This document shows positions 36,756-49,702 of a stretch of 64,000 nucleotides of DNA, piece after piece (the stretch's first letter is position 1; every line of letters begins with the position of its first letter). The notes under the pieces are model-generated. The model ran no database searches, was not told the DNA's origin, and saw only the letters and a list, made by a program, of their open reading frames with translations. Source of the DNA: Patellaria atrata CBS 101060 (lineage: Eukaryota); NCBI GenBank assembly GCA_010093705.1, contig MU006102.1:314123-378122 (forward strand), written 5' to 3'. Both the position numbers and the translations under genes were made by a program.

Positions 36756-37971
36756 CTATATTCCGGTAGTAAAGTCGTGTTCTATGCCGGGCGTGACGCT
36801 GTCGAAGTTAGCAAGTTTCAACATTTTACGCTGTTATGGTAATATATACCTCGCCATAAACTTCAAGAAAACGACCAAATACTGGTCGACTCTAATTGCA
36901 ACCTCATCTTCTTTCACATCCTCAACTTCATGTTGTAGCACCTCCCACTCCTCACCTTCTTTTTCCCTCTTCTCTTTATCCGTAAGTGCAAGTTTCAACG
37001 TATCATCCACTAAGCCCTCCATCCCCGCCTCGTCCTTTCCGATGTCCTTGCCCTGCTTCAGCTTTTGTAGACGGAGCTTGAGCGCTGCGTCGGCGCGGTC
37101 GAGTAACACTTTCATGACGGAGGCGTGCCGACAAGGATGCACAGAGGCCATCTTAACAGCGCTATCGAAAAAGGGGAAGTCTTCGAGGGTTACGGTTTTG
37201 TCTTTGTAGTCACCTACGATGTCTTCCATCATCAGATGGGGCGCGAGCGGTTCGGAGGGTGAGAGGTAGCCGGAGAGGTAGAGGCGAGGAGTTCGGTAGT
37301 ACGGAGTGTATGTTATGTAGAGCGTGTATGTCCGAAGAGGCCTGATTGCCATGACCGTAAGCTCAAGTCTGGTGCCAAATTTGCAAGTCCTCTCCACCAT
37401 TACAACTTTGTAGGATGAAAGTAAAGAGAGATATTGAGACTTACGCAGTCGTCCCATCACCACCCTTCGGATCCCTAATAATAGCCTCCTCATCGTCCTC
37501 CTCATCCTCCATATCCGGGATCTCCTCCTCCTCTACCTCGGGAACATGTCCCACATTCCCACTCTCATCCACCGTCCTGACCTCTCTAACCCTCGCCTCC
37601 TGACTCGCGGCCATATTCCCCGTTCTCAACCACCCATCATCGCCTGCCTCGCCTTCACCAGCTGCGAACCCATCCCTCACTATCGTCTCATCTTGTCCCG
37701 CGTCACCAGCAAAGTTCTCGTCGAGCCTTCGATGACAGGGAACCCCTCTGGTAACCAGATATTGCTTCCCTTCAGGCAAATATGATACCCGTTTCGATGG
37801 GTGCGACGCATCTGCCCACGACCACGAAGGGAACTTGTAGACAAGGAAGTCGCCCGCGAGCACGAACTCTTCCGGTGTGATTTGGCCGGTGTTGCGAAAG
37901 GTCGAGGTGTGGGAGATGGGAGCTAGTTGGTCGCGAAGCTCGCTGAGTTTCGAACGTGCGTAGTGTAGCAT
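36756..37971 (-). CDS. ATG3: Autophagy E2-like conjugating enzyme Atg3
   Basis: [58 protein letters not shown], catalytic [30 protein letters not shown]. Confidence 0.97.
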
Positions 37972-38742
37972 TTTACGTATGGATATAGTGCTTTGTTTGA
38001 TGTTTGTGTTGTGTTGAAAGGTTAGGAAGGTGGGAGGCGGGGAGGTATCAAGTGGTGAGCGGGCGGAGTGTTGAATGCCAAGGTTTATATCTAATCGAGA
38101 TGATCATCAGACACCACGTTTTGCACATGTGAATCAAGTCTTGAGTCACTTTCATCAAAGCGTGTTCCTTGCATCACGAGGTACCTGTATCCATCATATT
38201 TCTAGTGAATAGCAAATAGCCGTGAACACAGCTCAGATCGAGAAGAACGAGAAGAACGAGAAGGGAATAGTGCAATCCGAAAAAGGGAACCTAAGTAGCC
38301 TCTCTTACATTGTCACGAAATATCTAGCTTACTGGACGTCCATTTGAAGATGAGCTCTTACTCTTCTGTACACATTCCGAATATACCATAACGGACCGAA
38401 CTTGGTACTTTACCATCAAATGTAACGTAAACATACAACGACGGAGGAACACAAGCCGCGACAAGTGGGTAGAGCAATGTAAACACGGCTCCCGTTTGAT
38501 AAAAGGAGTACTGCATAGCACTTCAGCATACGGAGTAATGCTATTACTCAATTTTTATAGATCATTACTTAATATTATATTCATATTTGCTGATAGAGCT
38601 GCCGAAACTCGCAAAACTAGAACTATCAAAGCTAATCACGCTAACAGAAGGTGAATTTTCCACAAGCAACGTTACACCGTTAGACCTGAAATAAAGGGGA
38701 ACTCAACGCCGTAGATTGACCTTCGTTCAGTATCGTAAACTT

Positions 38743-40294
38743 TTAGAAGTTGAGCACGCCAGATAATATTATCATGCCAATAGTATCGGATGACTCTTCC
38801 GCTGGATCATCCACTGCCTGATCAACAACATCATCATCCCTTACCGATCCGAAGGTAGTTGGATACTCTGAATCGTACGCCAGCAACTCCCGGGGTACTG
38901 GCTCACCATACATGTACGGAGGTATAAAATTGAAGCCTTGAACCGCGAATACCTTAAATCTTACACCTTGTGATTTAAGTATCTGTCCGGTCTTATAAAC
39001 ATTGATACGGCGTTGTTGGTAGCGCCAATGGATATCGAGTACATCATCCCCAGGTATGGGAGCTTGGGATAAAACCATGTGGTACTCCTTTAAAGAACGA
39101 ATGCTTTGCAGTCCGAGTGTTTGAATCAGACCGAGGTTCATCTTTGACGGGACTTCCATATCCATGGGACCTTTGTCGAGCGACCGAAGGATTTCTAGAT
39201 TTTGTGGATAAGCTTTTTGACGCAGGAAGTCGTTAAATATAGAGTTGGAACTGATCTCCAGTGTCCGTAGATCAAGAAGCTTCACCATATCTTCGTATCC
39301 AAACCCACGAGTTGGCCAAGGTAAACCACTTGGATGCTTTCCTCCAACATGTTTGAGATATGTTAGAGACGGTTGATGGAGCTTCAAGGCCCTAATGAAA
39401 CTTGGGGACGATCCTAATGGTAAGTAGTTTGGGCGGTGAAAATGGTGCATCCGTTCTCCCAGCACAAGCGTCTTTAGTTCCTTCGGGCATTGAAGGAGCG
39501 CCTCAAGGCCGTCAGTTGAGATATTGCATTCTTCGAGAACTAGGTCTTTCAAGTTCGTAGAATGACGATGATCATGCAGCATTGGAAGGTCTTTGAGGCT
39601 CCTATCGACGTCAAAGCATGAGATTTTGAGATACCGTAGATTCGGATGAATGAAAACCACGGAATTTTCTCCTAGTGCGTACCGTTGCTTTTTAAGACCG
39701 TGAGAGTGTAGTGTCACTAATTACCTATTAGCCAGATCACTCCAAGATATTCAAAGATCAAGGTAGGAAAAAGCACCTACATGACTGCAGAAAAGGGAGA
39801 GCTCTGAGCTCGGGGTTCGTAATTAACAGGGACGCTTTCTCAAAAAGTGATTTATAGTCAATAGATCCTGTAGATGTCCAAGGAAATCTGGTAGGCTGGC
39901 GTGTCTGGAAAGGACCGTCATTGCAACATAACGCCTCCAGGGTAAGTTGACGGAGGTTCCTCATTCGATAAATAAAACTTTCTAAGGCTTCTATACCTTT
40001 TGAACGCTCAGTGGGATCATTTTCCGCAAGTTTGTGTCCTACGTAAATGCCTAAGATACGGATACCAGCTAATCTGTCCGGTCTCGAATTGAAGGCATTT
40101 AATAGCGTAGTCGCTTGAGAACCATCGGTGAGCAGCAAGTTTCGATATATATATGGCTCAACAAGCTGTTGTAGGCGTCTACAAGTAGCAGCTAGAGTAC
40201 ATAGAGACTTGTTATCGTTGATCTGTTCGATGATAGCAAGAATAAGCTCATCAGCTAGTTGCATGAATCTAAAACCGATACCGCCAGAGTCCAT
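38743..40294 (-). CDS. F-box / LRR-like protein; one intron at about 39718-39780
   Basis: FMQLADELILAIIEQI..SLCTLAATCRRLQQLVEPYIYR (F-box); LRR-like LKDLVLEECNI..L..CPKELKTLVL; FIPPYMYGE motif. Start codon uncertain. Confidence 0.8.
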
Positions 40295-41303
40295 ATTGAT
40301 GCCTGTTTGTTGTTCTTCAATCAAGAGAAACGGAGTTGTTCCGAGTGCAATGGAATTTGAGCGTGTTTGCTGGAGAGCCTAGGAGTTGACACAACGTACC
40401 TTAAATTAAGGTAAAGCGGATAATAATCTACTAACGTTTTAAGGCTAGAATCAAGAGTTTGGAATGGTTAGCGGCGCAGAACGACAAGTCATTTCTTCAC
40501 GGTCTTCTAATACACTCGTTGACTCTCTAGATACCTGACGCATTGCTGGAACTCATCTCTCAGTTCGACTTACAATCATGCATAGTCACTTGAGCGTCTT
40601 GGTCTCGGTCATGGCATCCCTCACCTACCGTACATTCATTCTCGAGTTAGTTCCAACTTTCCTATACAGGAGGAGCGAGAGATGTACAAAGCAAACCTAG
40701 CTGTATTGGTACACCACATGACAAATTTACTCCTTATACAATGGCTCTTAATGTGGCCCCGACTTTCAGTACAGGAAGTTCACAATGTATGAATGTCGCT
40801 TCAACCGTACGTGAGACTTGGCTGTAAAGACAATAGGAGGTTGGTCGGTACTGCGGAATCAGGAGTCTGATCAATGAGTAAGAGGACAACGGTAGAATGA
40901 GTAGATATGATATCACAGATATGACATATCTGTTGAATTGTGGCCCTTTATTAACTGGAACGTGCAACGTCGCTGATGAATGATAGTTGGTGCTCTACAC
41001 CAAGCTGCATGCTATGGATGACAACTTTGCTGTGCTTAATAAGTTTAGGGATCCATGACTGTGTGGAGAAGAGAAAGTCACCCATATCACTAGTTTTACA
41101 GGCTGAAATATTACATTATGATGGTTGTCTCTTTTACTAATCCAATATTGAAAATCTCGGTGGCCTTAAGTATGGGTTTTGGTGGGCATCTTTCTCTTGT
41201 TTTCGCTTCATCATAGCATTTTTGAATATTCCAACAGGATCCTACAGCCAATTTTCAATAATCACAAGCGATACTCCTTCTGTTACTGCAAATCTAAACC
41301 AAA

Positions 41304-42081
41304 ATGCCATGCAAAATTGACAGGCCCCGATGGGTCCGATCTGCACACTATCAATTTCCCATGGAGAAGCCATCCCATCATCCTGAAATCCATCTACGAT
41401 CTCCACGCTGGGCGCATATCGGATGTCGCTATTGTCCACCGAAAGTTTTCTCAACTGGCGATCAAAGACCCACGCATCACCGGCTCGACATAGTGATCGA
41501 CGCAGAAGGAATCTTCCAACCGGAAACTCTACAAGAAGGTCGCATATTCGTTGGGATATACTGTGGTAGAAAGATGGCTTATTGCAGTTACACTTATTTA
41601 ACAAAGGACGGCCAGTTCATGATGGTTTAACTCGCGGAGCTCTATGCTGAGATGAGAGCATTAAGAGATGAATTTACGGGATTAAGAGGGAAATCATGGC
41701 TCGCCAATACGTAGGGGAACCTCTGGGACCCAACGACCTATCGGATATCAGGCTGGTGGTCATCAAAACGTCTTCCGAGTTTGTATACTTAGGAATAACA
41801 CGGGAGCTTTGGAAGGTTCGATCTTTTCCAGAGAAACACAGCAGGTTGATATAACAATTGAGGCAAATCTTTGGGCATTGGATGAGAATGTGAATGTCGA
41901 GTTCTAGAAAGTTCCCAACTTGAAGGAGAGCCGGGTACGGAAAATCTATGATTCGGCCATGGAAGATTTCTATGGGACAAACAAAACCGAAAGTCCAGTC
42001 GTTGAAAAGCCTGATTATGGGGAAAAAGAGCCTGATAAGGAGGAGCTTCGAAAACTCCTCACCGCTGGTCCGAGCAGCTGA
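41304..42081 (+). pseudogene. RNase H-like protein pseudogene
   Basis: Ordered RNase H motifs across frames: DIVIDAEG, GRIFVGIYCG, V*LAELYAEMRAL, IRLVVIKTSSEFVYLGITRELW, VNVEF*KVP; stops at 41628 (TAA) and 41905 (TAG) plus frameshifts. Confidence 0.65.
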
Positions 42082-43783
42082 ACATAGCCGGGTATCAGGA
42101 AAGACAACAACTGATTAGGGTTAACGATGTGTGATAATAATTGCTAGGAAGGCGAATGAATGAACGACCGAATCATATGATGCTGATATCAAGAGCTAAG
42201 CTGCTGGTGGCTGCATTATGACTTTCGTACAGTACCAGTTTTATTGTAGCAAAAGTGCCATCTAACCTCTACCAAGATCGCCAGGCATTTGTTATGACCA
42301 TGTACACTCCTTCCAGGTTGCTTCATCCAATTCGCATTAAAAGTGTCGATAAAGTTCTCTACTTGGCAGGGATACAGATCGCATAGGAACGTCCCTTGGC
42401 CGTATACCGTACTTTCTGGCTTTGCAGCCCAGATGCTAATGCATGACATTGGCCTAATCGGGGGTTAGCTTGCTTGTAGCTGGCATAGTGTGGGACCATC
42501 TCCGGTAACAGCCACGCCTAATCCAGCAGTACTCCTGCATTAGCAACTAGGCTGCAAAGCCAGATAATATGGTATTAACGGAAGACCTTCGGGGACTGCG
42601 ACATCATCGATGTCATAGGAACGGACGGCGTCAACATTGAATCTATAGAAGATATAGATGCTGAAAACTCAACGACCTAGTGCAGTGTATGATTGTTGAT
42701 GAGCATTAGGCATTATAAGAATGGCAAGATGATGATATAGTCCGCCAACCTGAGGATTTTTGGTGAGCACTAGGCCCGAGCAACTTCAGTCCATGCGTCA
42801 CGATTCCGAAATCTTTTTCTACGATTGCCATACGATAGAACACTTTCTACTCCATTCGGCTTCAATATCGGGGGAAGTGTCCATAGTGAGGATGACCAGA
42901 ATGACCACACTCATAGGGTGATTATGTTAGGGTGGGTTTTCGTATCTCCAAAGGCCGGCACTGTTTCATAAAGAAGCGCCATCATTTATCAAACAGTATA
43001 GATAAAAGTGCGCGTATATCCGCTGATCAGGGAGCATGGAGCGCAGCAGGTCGAAGGATGGTTCATACCATTCTGCCATATACAACGTGACATCGCTTCT
43101 GTAGCAGCCTTCCTTCACGGTTCCAGACTTGCTGATGGATGCTGAGGAGTCAAAAAGAAGTCGTGATGTTCATGCAGGATAGTCCCTTGGTTCTCGGTGT
43201 TTGTGCTGAAAGGCCCCATGAATCATGCTGTTTTGCAGGATGATTGTATATTGTGGTACAAAGTTTACCAGATCCCTATGCCGAGACATGTAAACTTGTG
43301 CTTATAGACCAAGTTTCCCTGAGGGCAAGGCCTGTGGCTTTCGCATGAACATTTCAAAGTGCCTTTCTTCGGAATTGATCATGCTGGTATCGATGAACGA
43401 TTCAACATACCTCTACTCATGTAGGGAAGGTGAGAGGGCAATTTGTGACTCGGTAGGAACAAATCGCTTGATCTCGTAACTTCGCGGACCTGGATCAGGA
43501 TCCCACGGGTACTAACAGCTTTGTGTTGGTTCGGTGTCGTCAACATGAATACATTTTGTTTCGACCATTGCAAAATCTACTTTAGGACCTTGACCTCTGC
43601 GGTCAACTGCTCCTGATTGTTTGGTCTCGAATCATGCTGTATGACTTCGGAAGCTGGAGATATGTCCGAAGATTATGATTGAGCTTATTGAATCCTTGTG
43701 CACCTGAAGACCGTTGAGTCGTCCCTGTAAGGTTGGGTAGTGATGCCGGAGATTGGTTATATCACGTCTGCTCCAGGGAGGTG

Positions 43784-44070
43784 TCAGACTGGGTTACTCT
43801 GTGAAGGAATGTTTTCCAATGCCCAAGACGGATGTTCATCCAACCCAACGTTTATGGTGAGTCTGTAGGCTGTGAAGCAAGTCAGTCATGATGAGCCAGA
43901 AGACGATGGAACATACAGCCCATACCTCCCCTTCGTGTCCGGTTCATGTGGTGACGTAACGTCAGAATAGCCACGACAATGGCCACGAATCCCAGGACGA
44001 AAGCTGATACAGCAGCAATGATGTTGATGATGTCGCCGTTTGGAAGACTGCGTGCATTCAATTGGACCAT
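43784..44070 (-). CDS. Small single-pass membrane protein, copy 1 (2 exons; may be a truncated relic)
   Basis: MVQLNARSLPNGDIINIIAAVSAFVLGFVAIVVAILTLRHHMNRTRRG|gtatgg..ctgac..cacag|AYRLTINVGLDEHPSWALENIPSQSNPV*. Confidence 0.55.
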
Positions 44071-45879
44071 ACTGGGTAGGTATAGACCACTGAAGATATT
44101 CAGGAGCCTGAGATCCGTCCTCTTCAACCACGATAGGGCAGTCCAAGTTGTTAAGCTGTGGTGAATCTAAAGGAATGGTATCGAGATAGACAAAATAGGT
44201 ACTCCAAGCTTCATGATAGTAGTAAAGGACGACTCACTGGACTTAATACCCCACAAAGACGGAGCTTGGTTATGACACAAAGAGATAGATGATATTTTTT
44301 GAATGAGAAGAGATATAAGCTTCACTTATACTATGAAGATCACTGGGTTATGGATGCGGCCCTGGTTCTGCGAAGCTGCGGCTTGCTCTCCCCCTTGATT
44401 GTTTCTGGGATATTCGTCGCAAGGTGGACTAGCAAGCGAAATCAACCTCATGGCTTTCATCCTTCTCCGGACAACTGGTATGGAGTTTTGCGAACTATTT
44501 TTGCTGCCTTGATTCACCCCGCCATTATTGGTTGCCCTCGCAAAATGTTGGGATACCAAAAACAAGCCGCTGGTTGCCCCTTCTCCCTGCATGGACTATT
44601 ATCGCCTTCTGTTTGCGTCAGCAAATCGTGGAGAAAGGATCCGAGGACGGTTTACGCCGTCATCCTTGCAGTTCGATGCCCCAATTAGAAACTATGGTAA
44701 TTTGCAAGACTCGGGATCCTTTGAGCGGAGTGATGATTGCAAAGCACATTAAGGTAGGTCCTCAAGGGTGTGGGGTGGTCTGGGCAACCCACCGTCCGTA
44801 ACGTCACTTCTGATCACTCTCTGTTGTGATTTCTTTTACTTCATTATTATCATAACCATCTACCTGTAGGAGAATCTTTCGGACTATTTTTAGATGTTTC
44901 ATTTAGCTCAAGACTGCCTTTTACCCTATCCTTTCCTAGGTAGTATCTCTACAAATGCCATCTCATCATTATCATTGTTTTTCCATTTCAAAAATCCTTC
45001 TTGCCTCCCTCTGGGTACCTGAAAGGCACGTAGAGAACCATATAAAAGTAAATAAGAAGAATGCTCAAATGAGAAGGTTCAGAGATTGTAAGCAATTGAA
45101 CCAGATACCATCCGGTCAAGTGCCATTCTATGTGTTTCATGTTTCATTCCTGTACTTACCTAAGTGCTTTCTCTCGAATCGTAATCCCCCGCTCCCCCTC
45201 AAACCCCGGTCACGACCTGTACGCTTTGTTGGACAGCTTGTGGTAGACTCCCAACTACTACCCATCTCCACTGTTAGTATGGTCATATATGTGTACATTT
45301 GGAGCTTCCGTATATTTCCTCAAGTGGAGCCGGACCCACTTCGAGAGCAAGCGTACTTGTACCCAGCGAGCGAGGAATGCCCTGACGGAGGAAGGAATAC
45401 ATCCGTGTCGTAGCTGCATTCGAACTTTTCCAATCACTCTACTAAGTTGGGAGTCCTTCGAGATTTCGGGCTGCCTAAGTTTACCAAGGGGTGTCGTATG
45501 TCGAAGAGAAGGAACACCATGTGAGAGATAGTCAATGAGCTTCCTTGACCGTGAACATTCGTATGATTGAAGTTACGACGGAGTTCTCTCCCTAAGACCC
45601 ACCCAAGCCGATGTCCGTCGTAGAAGACCTGTCGAGAGATATTGGAAGAGCCGGCTCATCCCCTACTCCACTGCTTAGAATGATACAAGGAGCTGAGGCA
45701 ACGTCAGGACTAACTTTTAAGCTATCGCGAGGGTTTGAATAAATGCCAAGGACTGAGAGGGACTGTTCCTCTTTCACGATTGGTCTTACAAGAATGACGG
45801 CTACATTTCTACGTGACTGGTTCCCTAATCCGTTGGGGTGATCGTATTTGATTCCGTATATCTTTTCCTCGGACAGCGA

Positions 45880-46156
45880 TATCTCGCAAAGGTATTTTCT
45901 CTAATGCCCAAAAAGATGCTCTCCAAGAATTCGGAATCTATACTAGTTCCGCAGACTCTATGTCTGGGTCAACTTAATGTTTGGAGACGTAAATGAATTG
46001 ATAGTCCATACCATCACGTTGCTCCCTGTCCCTTTGACGCCGCAAGGTGATGACTGCAATGACAACCCCCGCTGCTCCTAAGAAGGACGCTAATACTGCT
46101 GCAACGATATTGATGATATCGCGGTTTGAAACCCCACGGGCAATTAACTGGGCCAT
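45880..46156 (-). pseudogene. Small single-pass membrane protein, copy 2 (premature TAG in exon 2)
   Basis: MAQLIARGVSNRDIINIVAAVLASFLGAAGVVIAVITLRRQRDREQRD|gtatgg..catag|ESAELV*IPNSWRASFWALEKIP; same intron position and WALE.IP motif as copy 1; TAG at 45938-45940. Confidence 0.55.
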
Positions 46157-47040
46157 GCTGGGAATAGGATACAGTAGATGCTTGGAAGTGAGAGTAGCAA
46201 AGGTATCACAAGAATAAGATCTTGAAATTGATGGAACGCAACAAATATTGGAGGAAGTAGATCAAGAAGATGTAGACGTAAGACCGAGAACAATTATGAT
46301 TTAGAATGAATTGCTCCCTCAAAGAGGTTGAGGTATGGGAGAGGAACGTGAATATATCAACACCAGACGCGTAGCGTGCTGGTTCAGAGCCGGTGGACAG
46401 CCGGTGCGCCACCACAACGGATTGGTAAATAAAAAAGGCCCTTGCTAAGCCGACCAGCCAGGTATCAGCAGTACTATCGATACTTGGGTGAAAAACATAA
46501 AGTTACTTCCCGAGTTGCCGGGATTCCACTTCACAGCCTGAATAAACGGCCTTCTAGTAAGTGTCCATGGCCTGTTAATGAAATCAACAAGGAGGCGCGG
46601 GAACGCAGAGCAACATGTACTGTACGGTATTCCCAAGCCAAGGCGGGTTGCAGTAAGCTGATGCAGTGATTCTTACACCGGAACACTATCTGTATGTCAA
46701 TGTACATCCTATGCTACTTTCAGCTGCTTTGGGAAATTGTTGCTCGACATTGTTACTGTACACTGGACGATAAGCTGCACAATTACGAAATCTTACTCTG
46801 AGTGTCCACCAACCAGAGTATAGCAAGCGTACGGCAACCGAAGAGTACCAGACTTGTACCATAAAAAGACACGAGGCTCCTACATCTTGTTAGTACTTTG
46901 CGGACCATGAATGCACTCACTTATTTTCCACAGGGAGTGACTAGAAATATGATGTTCATTATTCCGTGACGGTATACTCCTACGAAACTTGCTTCATGGG
47001 TATCGCCTCCTTTCTTCATCCTTTACACTGCTCTTACTTG

Positions 47041-49282
47041 TCACTTCTTCTCAAAGTACTCCTCAATCCTCTCCACAAGTTCCGCCTTCTTCCCGGATGT
47101 CGAGATGTGTTTCGCATGCGCCCAATCTTTCAAGATTGGAACAGTCAACTTGTTGATGATACCCCTCTCGAAGTTCGATTTCATCTGTTCATCGCTGATG
47201 CCACCCTCGTCTTTCACGACCGCCGATGCTGTCTTTGACTTCTTTGTTGGTGGTCCACTCATACTATCTGCTGTTCGCTTCGACGCTATAGACTTCAAGG
47301 CCATTCCGGATCTGCTATGCTCCTTTTGCCAAAGCTGGTACTGTTCCTCGAGCTCTTCACCCCATTCTATCACGTAGTTACCTGCGCGCTGTTTCGTTTG
47401 TTAGTTAACCAAACGTTCCGATGAGTAGCAAGACCCTTCGAGATCTTCTATTCTCTAAATCATCGAGAGGGGTACGTACCTTATCAATCTGTCGGTGCCT
47501 GGGTACGGTTTTATCATCCGCCTTTTCAGGAATGTCATCATCTAAAGCTAATGCTTGTAGCACTTTGTAAAACCATTGTAGCGCTAATTGGTTCTTAGTA
47601 AATCTTTTCTGGTATGTAGGAGCGCGAATACTTACAAGGATTAGGATATTTATGAGGATCATAAACCGCTTTCGGTAATTGTAACTGCTGAATTACCGTC
47701 CGCATCATATCAATCAGCGAATCCGGCGCTTGTACATGCGGCGTCTCTGGATTTTGACGTATGTCGTCCGCAAAAGGGAGCGGAACGATCCATAATCCAG
47801 GTGGTATTAGCTGCTCGTCACCGTCATCATATTTCTCAGCTCCAGGTATCAATGCGGAAAGGACTGGAGCTGCATTTTTTCTGACAATACACCAAGCTAA
47901 GGCAAACTTTGTATCTTTCAGTAGCTTTTGCCAAAGCGCGGAGAATACTCGAGAAGACCCTATGTAGTCGTCTTCCGTAGGGTACATGAACATGGGTGCC
48001 CTAGTATTAGCCCATATGGGTAACATCGATAAAGGTTTAAACCCGATTATTCGAATGACAGGGTCACCGAAATGTCTTATCGTCTTAAGTTCATCGGGTG
48101 TGAAGACTACAGTTTCACCCCCGAACTTATATGCTTTCTTTACTTCGGATTTTTCAACTGTTCTTGATGTGTCCTCGGAAACTTGTGTCGATGTACCCAT
48201 GGCTATCTGAGGCTTTTCTCCTGCAACCCAGACATAGCAACTTCGGATTGGCTCCTGGCGCTTGATGATTATGTAGCCCTTTACGGATATTCTGAGATCT
48301 GGAGCGATCTCGAACGGAAGAGAAAACAGCGCTCTACGTGGTGCTGCTTTAGAGTTTATGGCCGATAATAGTGATTGTAATAAAGAAATCCCATCTCCAG
48401 ATTTCGATGTCTTTGCGGCTGAAGTAAGGGGTGCTGGCGCATCGTTATCTGCGGATGGTCCTACACGATATACAATATCCTAGTTCCGTTAGTTGAGCAA
48501 TCCGGGACGTGTTTTAGATAGTAATGGACATACATCATAGAATTTCCCCCTGTCAAATGTTCGTCCGGGTTTGGAGATGGGGAAGAGTTCGAAAATGACA
48601 CCTAAGTCGTACAGGTCTTTCGCTCTCTGAGTTGCAGACCTTCTTAGGTCTTTGTCCTTTCCATGTGGATCATCATCATCGGTAACTAAGAATAGGCGTC
48701 TCGATGAAAAGTTTGGCGCCTTCGTAGTAAATATGGTATTTGCACCAAACAACACATTGGCCATAGTCGCCTTCTCTCTGGCGGCTATTAAGAGCTTCTG
48801 TGCTTCCTCCTCATCGTCGACCAAGTTCCGCAACTTCTTGACGTCTTGCGCAGACGGAACATCCAAGTCCGTCAACAGATAACAATGCGGATATGCTAAA
48901 TTCCCTCTACTGTGTTCATCCTCCTCCCCAAACAGTTTCGTCTGTTCGGTTCCGAACAATAGGATGCCCATCATATCATTGGGATGCGATATGATCCGTT
49001 GCTGCATCAACTGATGCGCGCACTTTAGGGCGGCCGAAGCGGGAGAGTCACGTTCGGCCTTCTTGTCATCTGAAGGTGGAGGCTTTTCGAGCATCGAAGG
49101 GCTGATATCAATGGCGAACAGGACAGCATCTTTGACCGTCTTGTAACCCTACAATCGATCCTATTAGCTTAACAAGACATCATACGACAGAGTAAGATTA
49201 CCGCATCATCAATCTCATCATCTTCCTCATCATCATCATCATCATCTTCTTCTCGCTTGTTATAATCAGAATTACTATCCAT
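47041..49282 (-). CDS. KU70: ATP-dependent DNA helicase II subunit 1 (Ku70), multi-exon
   Basis: [16 protein letters not shown] (vWA), [60 protein letters not shown]-terminal SAP domain [24 protein letters not shown]. Confidence 0.97.
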
Positions 49283-49702
49283 ATTGAGCTGTTGTAGCGT
49301 TGTATTGAAGTTTGAAGTGCTATGCCAAGCGCAGATGTGGGATGGCACGCCCGTGATGCCGTTAGTCCATGCCCACGGCGATCCTTTAGGCAGACACGAG
49401 AATCAGAACACGGAAGCACGTGTTTGGCTAATTCGTTTTAGGAAAATTGTCATAAATCCATCTCAAACGTTCCATGAATTGATATATAGACATACGACAC
49501 CATCGAGACCATTCTATTCTCGATATCCTGTATCTGTAATCCCAGTGATATAGAACAAGTAACCTAAATCAAAGTTTTGAAAATAACATCCATCCCGAAC
49601 ACCGCCACGATGGAACATGTACAGAACGCCAGGTGTTCCTTCCTAAGCTAAAACCTAACCCTAGTACTTAGTTAGATGGGAAGAAAAGGGAAGAAATCGA
49701 AA

